Source of the DNA: Cycas panzhihuaensis
Lineage: Eukaryota > Plantae > Cycadophyta
Direction of reading: 5' to 3'
Assembly (NCBI GenBank): GCA_023213395.1
Contig: CM041465.1
Coordinates: 199,213,741-199,277,740, forward strand
DNA length: 64,000 nt
In this document: positions 1-11,500 of the stretch, in pieces
Position numbering within the stretch: the stretch's first letter is position 1
Layout: each line of letters opens with the position of its first letter
Made by a program: the position numbers and the translations under genes
Notes under the pieces: model-generated
Seen by the model: only the letters and a program-made list of their open reading frames with translations
Database searches by the model: none
Told to the model about the DNA's origin: nothing

Positions 1-980
1 GCTACTGAAAGAAGGCTGAGAAATCTGCCAAGGAGTTATAGAACAATGGGTTTAGAATCCCTGCTAATGGAGTTGAAGGAAACACCTACACTTTGAAGAT
101 GCTTGATGGCTGCCTGAGCAAGAAAACACTGAGATCTCTCCAAAGGGGCCCTCTCCAAGGTGTGTGAAGGGCTGGGAAGATGTCCTAGCCATACCAAAGG
201 AGAGCTGGGTGATGGAGGAGAGGTGCAGGTCCTATAGCAGTAGTGGAGCAGCAGGGAATAGTAGAGCAAAGAGCGTTTTTCCTTGAGAAGCATTCAAAAA
301 ATGAGTAAAAGATCCTAAAAATGAGTTAAAGAGGACTTAAATACCTAGCCCAAATCCTAAAACGAGTGATTAGGGTGTAGTTGGCAGTGAGTCAATCGCG
401 AAACAAGTGGAAGTTTTGCAATAAATGCGAAATTACCATGGTAGATTTTTTAAAAATAAACTTGAACAGTCGTCCCGCCATAAATTTTATGATCAGAATT
501 TACTACGATACCATGATATTCTACGATACATGACCGGGGCTAAATCGGCGGGAAGCCACTGGTCAGGCCAATGACAAAAGAGGCTAATGGGGGGCTAAGA
601 CACCTACCCGAGGGCAAACAAGCCAATAAATGAGACCAGAAGAGCAAAAATAGGATTCAAACGATGTGGCTAGTCAACTAAACGATGACGAATCATCACA
701 CGGGCAGAAGGTGACGCAAGCCAAATGGATCTTGGAGTAAGTAGGGCAGAATGCGGGAAGTGGAATGGCCACCGGGGTGCCATACTCACTAGGAATGTGC
801 CCCCGCTATAGTCGTCATAGGCTGAATAAGTGTAGATGAAGATAAGATCATCTACAAGGTCACAACATGTAAACATGCAAGCATACACTCATCTCAAAAG
901 AAAGCAATGATAAGGTGAGAAGCATACCTGCATTTACCTGAGTTAATAACTCTGTATCCATTCCCGGAAGCCAGGAAACA
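1..980 (-). repeat. 3' LTR of Tat element (partial; about 1.75 kb lies left of the window)
   Basis: Position 1 aligns with 14080; ends ...CCAGGAAACA at 980 (TGTTTCC on minus), same terminus as 15074. Confidence 0.93.
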
Positions 981-990
981 CTGCCCCCTT
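981..990 (-). promoter_or_regulatory. Polypurine tract of Tat element
   Basis: Minus strand AAGGGGGCAG directly precedes the LTR start TGT. Confidence 0.85.
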
Positions 991-1380
991 GGTAGTAGAG
1001 CCTCGCCGCTCAGAAGCTTGGTGCGATGGCGAAAGCTGGCAACACATGTGTATACAGATATATAAATCAAGACTATAATAGTAGGCAAGGGTGCTAGCGA
1101 GTGTCATGGCAGAATGCGTGGATATGAAAGTAGAGGTGGAGACAACATAGGGGTTGCCTATGCGCCACCTAGAAACCAACTGGAAGAATAAGAAAGGCGA
1201 GGGGGTTGCCCCCACCGTAAAAGATGCAGAGAGATGTGCATAATCAAGTAGAAGAGTGAGCAAAATTGGTAGTCGCCATAGTTTAACCTCATTAGCGGCT
1301 AGGTTTCAGAGGTGCGAATGGATCACAAGGCGATGCGTACGACAGCCTAAGCCTTGGGTGACAGAGAAACCAGATAAGTC

Positions 1381-1929
1381 TCAGGGACAGTCAGCAAGAA
1401 GAGGAAGGCGGTGCTCAAGGATGAGGCGAACGAGACCATCTGACTCAGCGTTGAGGGCCCAAGGGATATGCTGGATGTCAACAGACGAGAAATGAGCTAA
1501 GAGGGATCTGGTGGCGAAAGCAAGAGTTCTCAAGTGAGGGCATCGCACCTGGTAAACCTGGGTGAGATAGGACACCACAACTTGAGAGTCACAAAGTAAG
1601 ATGATAGATCCGTGATGGAAACGGAGAGCATCAGTAAGGGCTTCAATAACAGCTGTGTATTCGACTTCATTGTTAGTAGCCTCTGGGAGAAAGACCCCAG
1701 AGCATAGGAAATTATGTCCAGAGGGGCTGCGGAGAATCCACGTGGTAGTAGAAGGTCCAAGGTTACCGCGGCTTCCACTGTCGATAAAAATGTAGATGGA
1801 CATGGGTGACACAAAGTCCTGGTAGTAAATAGGCAGTGGTGGAGCAGAAGAGGAGCTCGAGAGATAAGCAAAAAGTGGCCATGAAGGGTAGGAGGACCTA
1901 GCAATGAGGCTACCCAGGGGTGAGAGCAA
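1381..1929 (-). CDS. Archaeal-type / plant RNase H1-like ribonuclease HI (aRH), stand-alone ORF; first ATG at 1803
   Basis: Motifs IFIDSGSRGNLGP, ATNNEVEY, CDSQVV, HIPWALNAESD correspond to DGASRGNPG / NNxAEY / DSxLV / HxxRxxNxxAD; four acidic catalytic positions present, frame open. Confidence 0.9.
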   Translation of the reverse strand: MLSPLGSLIARSSYPSWPLFAYLSSSSSAPPLPIYYQDFVSPMSIYIFIDSGSRGNLGPSTTTWILRSPSGHNFLCSGVFLPEATNNEVEYTAVIEALTDALRFHHGSIILLCDSQVVVSYLTQVYQVRCPHLRTLAFATRSLLAHFSSVDIQHIPWALNAESDGLVRLILEHRLPLLADCP

Positions 1930-2329
1930 GCAGTCTGATCACTATGTGAGAGCGGGCGGAGAAAAAGCATCCTGGAGCACCAAAAGGTCGCTTCGGGAAG
2001 CGAAACATGCCCTCGGACGAGGGAGCATTCCCTTTGGGGACCCTAGGAGCGAAAAAGGGCTGCAGAAATGAGTCCAGGGTGGCGAAACGAGCCAAACGAG
2101 TATAAACTCAGGCATACATGGGAGTGGCACGCAAAACGAGACAGAAGGGCCAAGCGAAAAAGTGCAAAAATGATGCGTCATAAATGCACATGCAAGAGAG
2201 TGCAAAAAGGCCATCAAAAGAGCACAACAGGTGACAGGGCCAGAAGGCAAAGGCAATCAGGGAAACAGGACGGTACCAACGGCTGTTGCGAGGCCAAAAA
2301 CGGAAGAAGCGCCCGTTGGGGCCCCTGCC

Positions 2330-2336
2330 TATATAA
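2330..2336 (+). promoter_or_regulatory. Candidate TATA box between divergent aRH and PMD genes
   Basis: CCTATATAAGG preceded by GC-rich sequence; TATATA core reads the same on both strands. Confidence 0.45.
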
Positions 2337-2495
2337 GGAAATCGAATGGAAAATGGATTCATTTTCACCAGCTCTCATGAGAAACCAGAGCCATCTCCTT
2401 ATGAAGCGGAGAGTCACCTAACTTTGGAGGCACGCAGGGAGAGATCAGACCATTGGATCGGGCGCAGAGAGAGCCAATGGGATCATCAGGACAAG

Positions 2496-4846
2496 ATGAC
2501 GACAGTGAGACCACATCCAGTGAGTAGATATCACAAACCCCGGCCCATTTTAAAGTTTTAATTTCATTACTTTTTATAGTCTTTTGTGTGATTTTTGGTG
2601 CCACTTATGGGCAATTGGAGGCCTCTCAGAGTCTGAATTAGACCTAGAAAGAAGTGGGACCTAGGCATTAAGGAGCCCTAGTCTTGGTCGGCCCCACGGG
2701 GTCCACTAGAATTTTTTTTAATTTTTCAGGCGTAAATCCCCTTTTGGGGGTTCTGGATCATCTGCGACAAAGATCACAATGCTGCGATCTTCGCCGCGAG
2801 GCCCGAATCGCCGCGGGACCCAAGCTAAACTTAGTGGTACCGCTAAGTTTAGCGCGGTACGAAGGTAGAAAAGGAGAAAAAAGAATAGAAGGGGCCATAA
2901 GGCCCCAAATCTCAAACAGAGAGAGTTGAGAGAGAGTCAGGAGCATTGATAACTAACATGAGGCTGACTTTGATTATTTTTGACGTGGACAGGCTGTCAT
3001 CATGGTGGATAACCATGAGAATGTAGGTATGGCTATGCTGAGCTACATAGAGATGACGTCCCGGGAGGACAAGGAGACCCTGCGGAGGTGTGGCCTATCC
3101 AAGGCCCTGAAGACACCTCAATTCACATTCGATCAGATACTTCTAATTGACATTGTATCCCATTGGGATAAGAGGAGGCACGTATTCCACTTACCTCAGG
3201 TAGGTGATGTGATGGTTACGCCGAGAGATATTCTACGGACATCGAGTACCAAATGACCGGGAGGCCAAGGACATGGGAGTGCCGCCAAGACCGAGGCAAA
3301 GACACAGAGAGGCAGCCCTATTCTTCATAGGGGCTAACAGGTGGAAGCGGAGAGGAGTTCTCCTCCAGACTATGCTGATGTCGAGGATTCCTCGGGTGAG
3401 GAAGCTGATTATATTATACATTTTGTTCCAGATTTCCTAGAAATAGAACTATAAGGAGATACCAGGTGGCTAGATAGATGCAGTGTGCCACTGCGAAGCC
3501 AGCGAGAGGATGGACTGGGCTATCCTGATAGTGGCGAACCTCGTCGCGCAGCTAGATACCATCAGGACGACCGGCAGAGGGGGACTATCATACAGCACGC
3601 TGTTATAATGATGGTTCTTTAATCATTTTATGGCAGTGGCACCAGCGGGGGGACCACACCCCATAGCAGAGTGGGCCATGATGGTCCACAAATGGTAGAC
3701 TCGACTGAAGGGGGTGGAGGACCAGGCCCACATCTGACGATCAGTGGAGGCGACATCGTTGGACCTCCTCACCCTGACAGACTATGTGGCAGATCCATAC
3801 AGATCGGTGAGGTGGGACAGTGATGACGAGGCAGGCAGAGCAAGAACGCCCATAAATGACGACGATGATGATGGAGGAGATGGGGCCAGCCCGTCACGAC
3901 CTATGGGGGAGACAGATCCTTCAGGGACAGCAGGAAGAACAGAAGGACCATCCAGGACTGCCGGAGGAGAGGCAGGCCCATCAGGGACAGCTGAGGAGAG
4001 CAAGGGACCAGTGACTAGGGCCCTCAGGCTGCAGATCGCGAGGAGATCCAGGGAGGTGAGAGTTGAGCCCATCCCTACAAGGAGGGAGGCCCAGCCGGAT
4101 GAGGTACCCGAGGATGAGGTACCAGCAGCTGGTAGAGAGCCAGGAGGAGAGGATGTCACACGAGCAGAGGAGCCGGCTGCCATGGCAGGTGAGGCCTTAC
4201 CATTTCCTAGTCGTTCGACAGCTAGGTAGATATTTGTTTTGATTTGATCATGGTATGTGGTGGGATATATACTGACACATGGCATGTTACATTAGTAGGT
4301 ACAGTAGAGGTCCGAAGACTAGTAGAGGCCATAGTGAGGGAGATGTTCCCTCAGGTGTATGCAGAGGGGCAACCACCCAACCAGGCAGAGGATGCGCCTA
4401 GATCGGCAGGTGCACACATGGAGGTATTCACCCCGTTAGCTAGGGCGAGAGACATCTGGGCTGCAGAGTCCTAGGAGCACATGACATTTAGGGGACAGAT
4501 GCAGCAAGAGCTGGATGAGGTGAGGAGTAAGAGGGATGAGCTACGCGAACGGGTCCAGGCTCTAGAAGCTCAGAGAGGAGCAGGTGGAGATATAGGGAGC
4601 ACAGTCTGGATAATGGTACTGGAGGAGCGCCTCCGAGAAGTGGAGCGCAAGAGATATCATATCCAGGCTAGATACGATCAGCTAGTAGATCAGGTAGTGT
4701 CGAGGTCAAGCAGGAGCAGGACATATACCCATACAGTGGCAACGACCCTGAGATAGCCATGTGATGAAGGGAGCGAGGCAGGGAGCTCACGGAGGCCCAG
4801 GAGGAGCCTCGGAGGGATGTGGTCCCTAGGAGAGGGATCACACTGA
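2496..4846 (+). pseudogene. Antisense plant mobile domain (PMD, aminotransferase-like) gene with two predicted introns (2520-2992, 4189-4298), acidic linker and coiled-coil-like C-terminus; disrupted by frameshifts and stops
   Basis: LRRCGLSKALKTPQFTFDQILLIDIVSHWDKRRHVFHLPQVGDVMVTPRDI matches the PMD N-terminal pattern (ALVERW..ETHTFHLP.GEMTITLEDV); MDWAILIVANLVAQL...STLL**WFFNHF (~3570-3630) matches the PMD W..A.LA.LY..L / LLQ.W..E motifs; both GT-AG introns restore frame. Confidence 0.8.
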
Positions 4847-5527
4847 CTAGGAGATGGTACCCCAGGAGCGGGGCAGCAGTAGAGTAAGACACATGTATAT
4901 GATTTGATAGGAAAGCATGGGCCTCTAGGGGGTCATATATAAAGTCATATGATTGTATCCCCCCTGCAAGGACACCAGCTTCCCATATGTATGATGTAAC
5001 AAATGATTTTGATGTATATATATATACGGGGTAATTGGAACCCCATTTTGACATGAGATGCTGTATATATCATGTGGTAGATAGCATATATATTTGTTTT
5101 ATATGTTATAAACGTTATATTGTAAATGTTTTATTATATGATGCATGTATTTCCTTCCATGCATAGCTATATATACCTAATAGGAGCACACACATCCACC
5201 ATGAGTAGGGGTGATAGAGAGGTGTGAGGTTAGAAATAAAGCGACATGCACGTCCATGGGGAAACATAGCGGAATTTGCGAAGAAAATAGCAGGTAGGAG
5301 AGGGGAGTAATGGTACTCCAAAGTATTGTCCTAATTGGGGGATGCCCAAGTAGGAAGACAAAAGGTTCCCGAGAGGATACGGGAATACGGGTTCCACGGG
5401 AGGCACCAGGAAGGAAGAGAAGAAGCCACCTCAAATTGCCATTCTACCCGTGGCTAGGAAGAATGGGGACAACCTAAGATGGTAGTTTAGGCTCATTTCA
5501 GAGCATGGCGAAGGGATCACCAAAAGA

Positions 5528-8500
5528 TCATGCATAAAACTTCTTAAGAAATCTCCCATTAATAGCTTTTTCAAATTCAAGCCCTTCTAAGGTGGCTATC
5601 CTATAAGAACCATTACCGAGGGCCTCGATAATGACGAAAGGACCAACCCATCATGGTTTGAATTTGGTCAAACGATCATGGAGATATTCGAGCTTGAGGA
5701 TGTGGTCCCTGGGAAACAAAGGATGAGAATGAAGATGTTTATCGTAGGTCCTTTGTGAGTGAGCTTTAGACGCTAGTTTAGCCTGATAAGTGGCTAAGCG
5801 TCTCTCGTCCAAAGCCTCGAGGTCCAATAGGCGAGCCTGACAGATAGACTTTTCGTCAATGAGACCTCAGAGGGAGACTCGTAAAGAAGGAATCTCCACC
5901 TCTAGCGGGAGTACCACCTCAGTAACGTAGACTAAGGAGAACGGGGTCATTCCCATGGTGAAACGGATAGAGGGACGGTAAGCCCACAAAGTGGAGGGCA
6001 GCTGAAGGTGCCAATCCTTTTGGGACTGAGCAACGGTTTTCTTTAGGATACTGACGAGAGTCTTATTGAAAGACTCCACTTGGCCATTTGCCTAAGGGTA
6101 GTAAGGAGAAGAAGTTTTGTGATAAATCTTGAACTTCTCGCAAAGCTCATCCTTCTCCTTATTACAGAAAGGGGTTCCATTGTTAGTGATTAGGACATCT
6201 AAAATCTCAAAATGGCAAATGATGTACTGGTAAATGAATGTGGCTATCGTTTTACCAGGAATTGTGATCAAGGGGATGGCCTCTACCCATTTGGTGAAAT
6301 ACTTTGTGGCAATCAAGATAAACTTGTGCTGTGACGACGAAGGTGGGGAGATAGCCCCAATGAGGTCGAGTCCCCACTTAGCAAAAGGCCATGGCAAAAC
6401 AATAGGGTGCAGGGCCTCGGAAGGCACATGGGAGATGTTAGAATGCTCTTGACATCACCGACACCTCAGGGCAAAAACATGGGCATCCTTGAAAAGGGAC
6501 GGCCAGAAATAGCCCATGCAAAGGATCCTCTAAGCCATAGACTGGCCCCCAAAGTGACCTCTACAAATACCATGGTGGCATTCATGGAGTATTTGGTCAG
6601 CTTCGCCGGCAGTGACGCTGTGGAGGAGGATCCCATCGAAGGACCTCTTGTACAATACTTCACCCACGAGGAAGTACTGCTTGGCAGAATTCTGGATGCA
6701 AGATCTAACTTTACTACTAGCATTGGGCGTTATTGCTGCTACGTGAGATACTGTACTATATCACCATACCACTCATTATCGATGAGTGGATGAGGAGAGA
6801 TGCCTTGAATTGTTAAGATAGATTCATCAGGGAGAGAGTCGTCGATGGGGGCACCAAAGGAGTTAGGGATAGGGGCGTCTGCGAGCTGCTCAGCCACTAC
6901 CATTCCCTTCTTTGATTTCCAGTTAACGATATGAAGGTCAAATTCTTGAAGCAGATGCCCCAATGACCACCCACCAAATCTGAACGAGTGAGCAAGTATT
7001 GCAAGGGATCGAATTGAACGATCACTTTGGTGGTATTGCCAAGCAAGTAGTGTCTGAACTTCTTGATTGCATGGACCAAGGAGAGACACTCCTTCTCGGT
7101 AGGAGAATAGTTAAGTTCAGCAGCCACGAGGGTACGGCTGATGAAATATATAACTCTCTTGGTTCCTGAGTCATCCTCCTGAGCTAACATAGCACCCAAG
7201 GATTCATCACTCGCCGAGGTGTACAGGACGAAGGGCCTATCGAATCGAGGAGGTGCCAGTGTAGGATCGGAAGCGAGGGCTTCCTTGAGTCCTTCGAAGG
7301 CCTTTTGGGTCTTGTCAGACCAGACAAAAAGAGCTTCCTTCTTCAATAGGTTCGTAAGGGGTTTAGCGCTTACAGCGAAGTCCGCTAAGAAGCGCCTGAG
7401 AAAACCGAGCCTACCTAGAAATGACTTAATCTGTCGTTAGGTCCTAAGAGGCGGCATGTCAAGGATTATCTTGACCTTATCAGGATCAATCTGAATTCCT
7501 TGTTTGGACACAAGAAACCCAAGGAGTTTGCCTGAGGTAACGGTAAACACGCACTTGAGCAGATTTAAACTAACGTGATACTTGCGGCATCGTGAAAAGA
7601 TGGGCCGCAAGTTAGAGGGATGATGGGCCCTGACACGGGAGAGGCCCATCATATCATCCATAAAGACCTCCAATGTGTTATCAATGAGGTCGTGGAAGAT
7701 GAAATGCATGGCTCTTTGGTAAGTAGCACCTACAATTTTAAGGCCAAAGGGCATTGCCTTGTAGGCAAAGGTACCCCAAGGTGTAGTGAAGGTCATCTTG
7801 TGGTGGTCCTCAGGAGAAATCTGAATTTGGTTATAGCTGGAGAAGCCGTTCATTAAAGACATAACTTTAAATCCAGTAGTATGATCAATAATTTGATCGA
7901 TAAAGGGGAGCGAGAAGTTGTCCTTAGGACAAGCATTGTTAATGTCGCGGAAATTGACACATATACAAATTGCTCCGTTCTTTTTAGCAATGGGGATAAT
8001 ATTGGAGACCCACTTGGGGTAGTCAATGGAAGTAATAAGTCCAGCGTCCAAAAGCTTCTCAACCTCCATCTTAATGGCGGCTGAGAGCTTTGAGTGAAGG
8101 GGACGCTACTTCTGGCGCATGGGGTGGGTACCAGGGATGGTGGTAAGATTATGGGCGACAATGGAGGGATCAATTCCCTTCATGTCAGCATAATCCCACA
8201 CGAAAACATCCTGAAACTCTTGGAACAAAAGGGAGTACTCCCTTACCTCATCAGAAGAACATTCTAACACAACCTTAATGACCTTGCCAGGGGCCAAGAC
8301 TACGTCTTAGGTTGCCCCAATGTACATGGCATTGCCCTCCTCGAAGTGGAGAGGAGCAAGGTCAACAGGAGGAGGTGGAATAGGAGATGGGATCGGATCA
8401 GCAAGTGTGAATCCAACCACAAGGATCTTTTGGTGACCAAGCTTGTAGTGGCCAAAAGGCGAGTTAGGCGCAAAGCCCGCTAGGTGCTCAAGTAGGGCTT

Positions 8501-11500
8501 CATCATCCTCGAGGTAATCCACCCCATGGATGACCTTACTTCAAGTAGATGAAGCACTAGAGGGAGTGGAGGCAACAGGACCATGGTAGTCGTCAGGTTG
8601 CCCAACTTCCTTACGAGACTCTGAAGGAGAGTCAAAAAGAGGCTCCTCGGAAAGAGTGAAAGGTAGTTCTTCAAAGCCATCACCTGTAGGGGGTGATGAA
8701 GGAGAAGAACTGACGATGGGTGAGTCAACATGAGCGATGACATGTGACACGTAGGAGTGGCTAGCCTCACTAATGAAAGAGGTTCTAGATGGAGATCTAG
8801 AATGAGATGGGTATGACCTACTGGTGTGGACGCAAGAGACGGGGTAAAGACAATCCTCATCCTCATCATATGACTCATTGTCACTAAACAAAGCAAGGTA
8901 CCCATAGCTCCCAACGCCAATAGGGGTGAACCGCATGAGACTAGGGGAAGAAGATACAGGATCTTCTTCAGATGGATTAGATATACCAATAGAGCAAGTC
9001 GAGGCATGTGTAAAAGGACCTCGGTTTGTCGAATTGGTAGAACAAGTTTGTTTGGTAAGTAGACGTTCGTGGGGAATCACTCTCATTTGCCCATCATGGA
9101 TGAATTTAAGTTGTCCCCAAAGAGTCGAGAACATGGCTCCCATTTGGTCGGGCCATGGATGACCTAGAAGAAGGTTATAGTCAATGTCAACATCGAGGAC
9201 CACTACATCGGTAAGAACAGTCTTGCCCTCAAGGATGAGCAGAATCGCGACAGATCCCAAAGAGGTCTCGCTACTGTCATAACCTTGGCATCGCCATGGA
9301 ATAGGGTCCAAGGCGGAAATACCAAGCTCTTACATGACACGCAAGGGCATGGTGTTCACGGAAGAACCATTGTTGACAATAGTCCTTCGAAGGGTACAAT
9401 CAGGGGTATCGATAGTGATAGTGAATGGGAAGTTCCATTGATGTTCCCTTTCACATGCGGGAGGAAGGTCCCTAAGATCAAATGAAATAACGGGTTCGCA
9501 ACTTTGGGTAATGCCCAAAGTGTGAATAGGTGTGTTGTTTAATCCTAAAGCTTCTAGGAGGAGGGTCCGCTGCTCAGGACAACTCCTGAAAATGTCCATC
9601 AAGGACATTCCTGCAGCAACAGTATGAAGCTCGTCCATGATAGAGAAGGGCTTACCCTTTGCGGTAGGCTAGGTAAGTGCCCTTCGAAAATCGTAACGAC
9701 CCAGGTACACAGGAATGGCCTTGGGGAAGAGAGGTATTTCCAGAGGAGGGTTCTCCGGAAAAGGGTTGAAAGGAGCAAAAGAAGAAGAAGCCCCTGCTGC
9801 TCCCTTTGCGGCCTGAGACCGCGTAAGGGCATAAGAAGGAGTTGCCTCAAGTAACTGGATCATCTTCTTCCCCTTACTTCAGGGTTGCGAAGGTGATAGG
9901 GTACAATATCTAGGGGAACAAGAGGAAGAGAATGAATCCCTAGCGCCCTTCCCTTTATCGCGAGAAGGACATGAATTAGGCGATCTTCCTCGGTTCCGGT
10001 TATTCTTGGTTTGGGCATTGCGATCGCGTTCCCTGTGTTTAGGGAACGGATCCTTGTGAACTGGTTAGTTCAAATTAGGCCTTGAGGCCCGTTTAGGGGA
10101 AGTGTCACATCGAGGGGCGTCCTTAAGATGCTGGGCCCTGCAACGCGAGTCATCATGGAAGTACTCCCCATGAATGGAGCACCACTTCTTCTCAAGTGGG
10201 GGATCTGGCCTTCTCGCTTGAGAGGACTTGGCATTTCCATTCCTAGGGAGAGGAGCTTGAGTTATTTTTTAGATGTTAGGGATGAAGGGGCTTGAAGCTT
10301 AAGCTCCTTCATCGTACGCTCGAATGAGCATATGGCTAATGTGAGAGGGTCTAAGGTCCTCTCAATCGGGTGAGAGGAAGACTTGGCAGGTTATGAAGGT
10401 TTGGTATCTTTGGTTGAAGGTGGTGCCTCACGTCGTTATGAGGGCTTGAGAGGTTTCTTTAGACCGGCTTGGATCTCAATAGCCTCCAATGCCAAGCACT
10501 TGGCGATCGCGGAGTCGCATGTGGTCGCCCCCATTTTAAGGACTTCCACATACACTTCAGGACGAAGTGCATTAACAAAGAGATCTCGCTTCAACTCCCC
10601 AGGCAATGTTACCTTAGTGGAGTGAAGCAAGTCATGGAATCACCGCACAAAGTCACGATTCATCTCATCGTGACCTTGTTTGAGCGAAAGGAGTGATTTC
10701 ATTTCGCTTTTGAATAGATGGGCTACATTAAAGTAGTTGATGAACTCGTCCACCAATTGCTGGAATGAATAAATGGAGTGGGCAGGGAGACAGTAAAACC
10801 ATTTAAGGGCGTCGCTCTGTAAGGATCGTGGAAACAATTTCATTAGAATGTGGTCGTAAGCCCATCAATCGATGCATACCATAGAGAAGTTACGTACATG
10901 CTCTGTTGGGTCTTGCGACGAAGTTCTGTCGAATCTAGGAACTTTAGGGGGATGAGGCGACAGATTGGTTCTTAATGCCTCAATGGATAAAGGTGTTGAT
11001 CTATAGTCCATGAAGGGACATGCCCTTGCCTAGGCTATAGGATCAACGAATGACGTAGCAAGAAGTGAACAAGGAGCGGACAGGGGTGGCACACTCATCC
11101 CTCCTTGAGGAAACGCCCCTTGTTGAGAGGGGACTTCAAGATAAGTGCCTTGGAAGAGAATTGAGTTCCCTTGTGAAGACACGACAAAAGGGCTAGATGA
11201 TGGAAAAGACAGATGTGGAAATGGGTTTTGCCCATATGGGCCACCTGTAGGTGGGGTGACCCCATATGGGTGTAGCAGATCTACTCCATAAGCTGGGAGG
11301 TGGCTTCCCCTACCCTGGCCCCAAGGTTGAGAAGTAGACCCTGGGGGAATATAAAAGGAAGCCCCAACAGATTGATTTTGAGGGTGTGTGGGAGTGGGTC
11401 CCACACAACTAATGATTAGAGGGTTAGTAGGACTAGTAGGCCTACTAGGGAAAGTATGTGCCACATTGGGAGATGGCACATTTGTTTGGCTAGGGAAGGG

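Noticed and set aside
3782-4285. 167-aa minus-strand Ser/Pro-rich ORF
   Set aside because: Shadow frame of the purine-rich PMD linker on the plus strand
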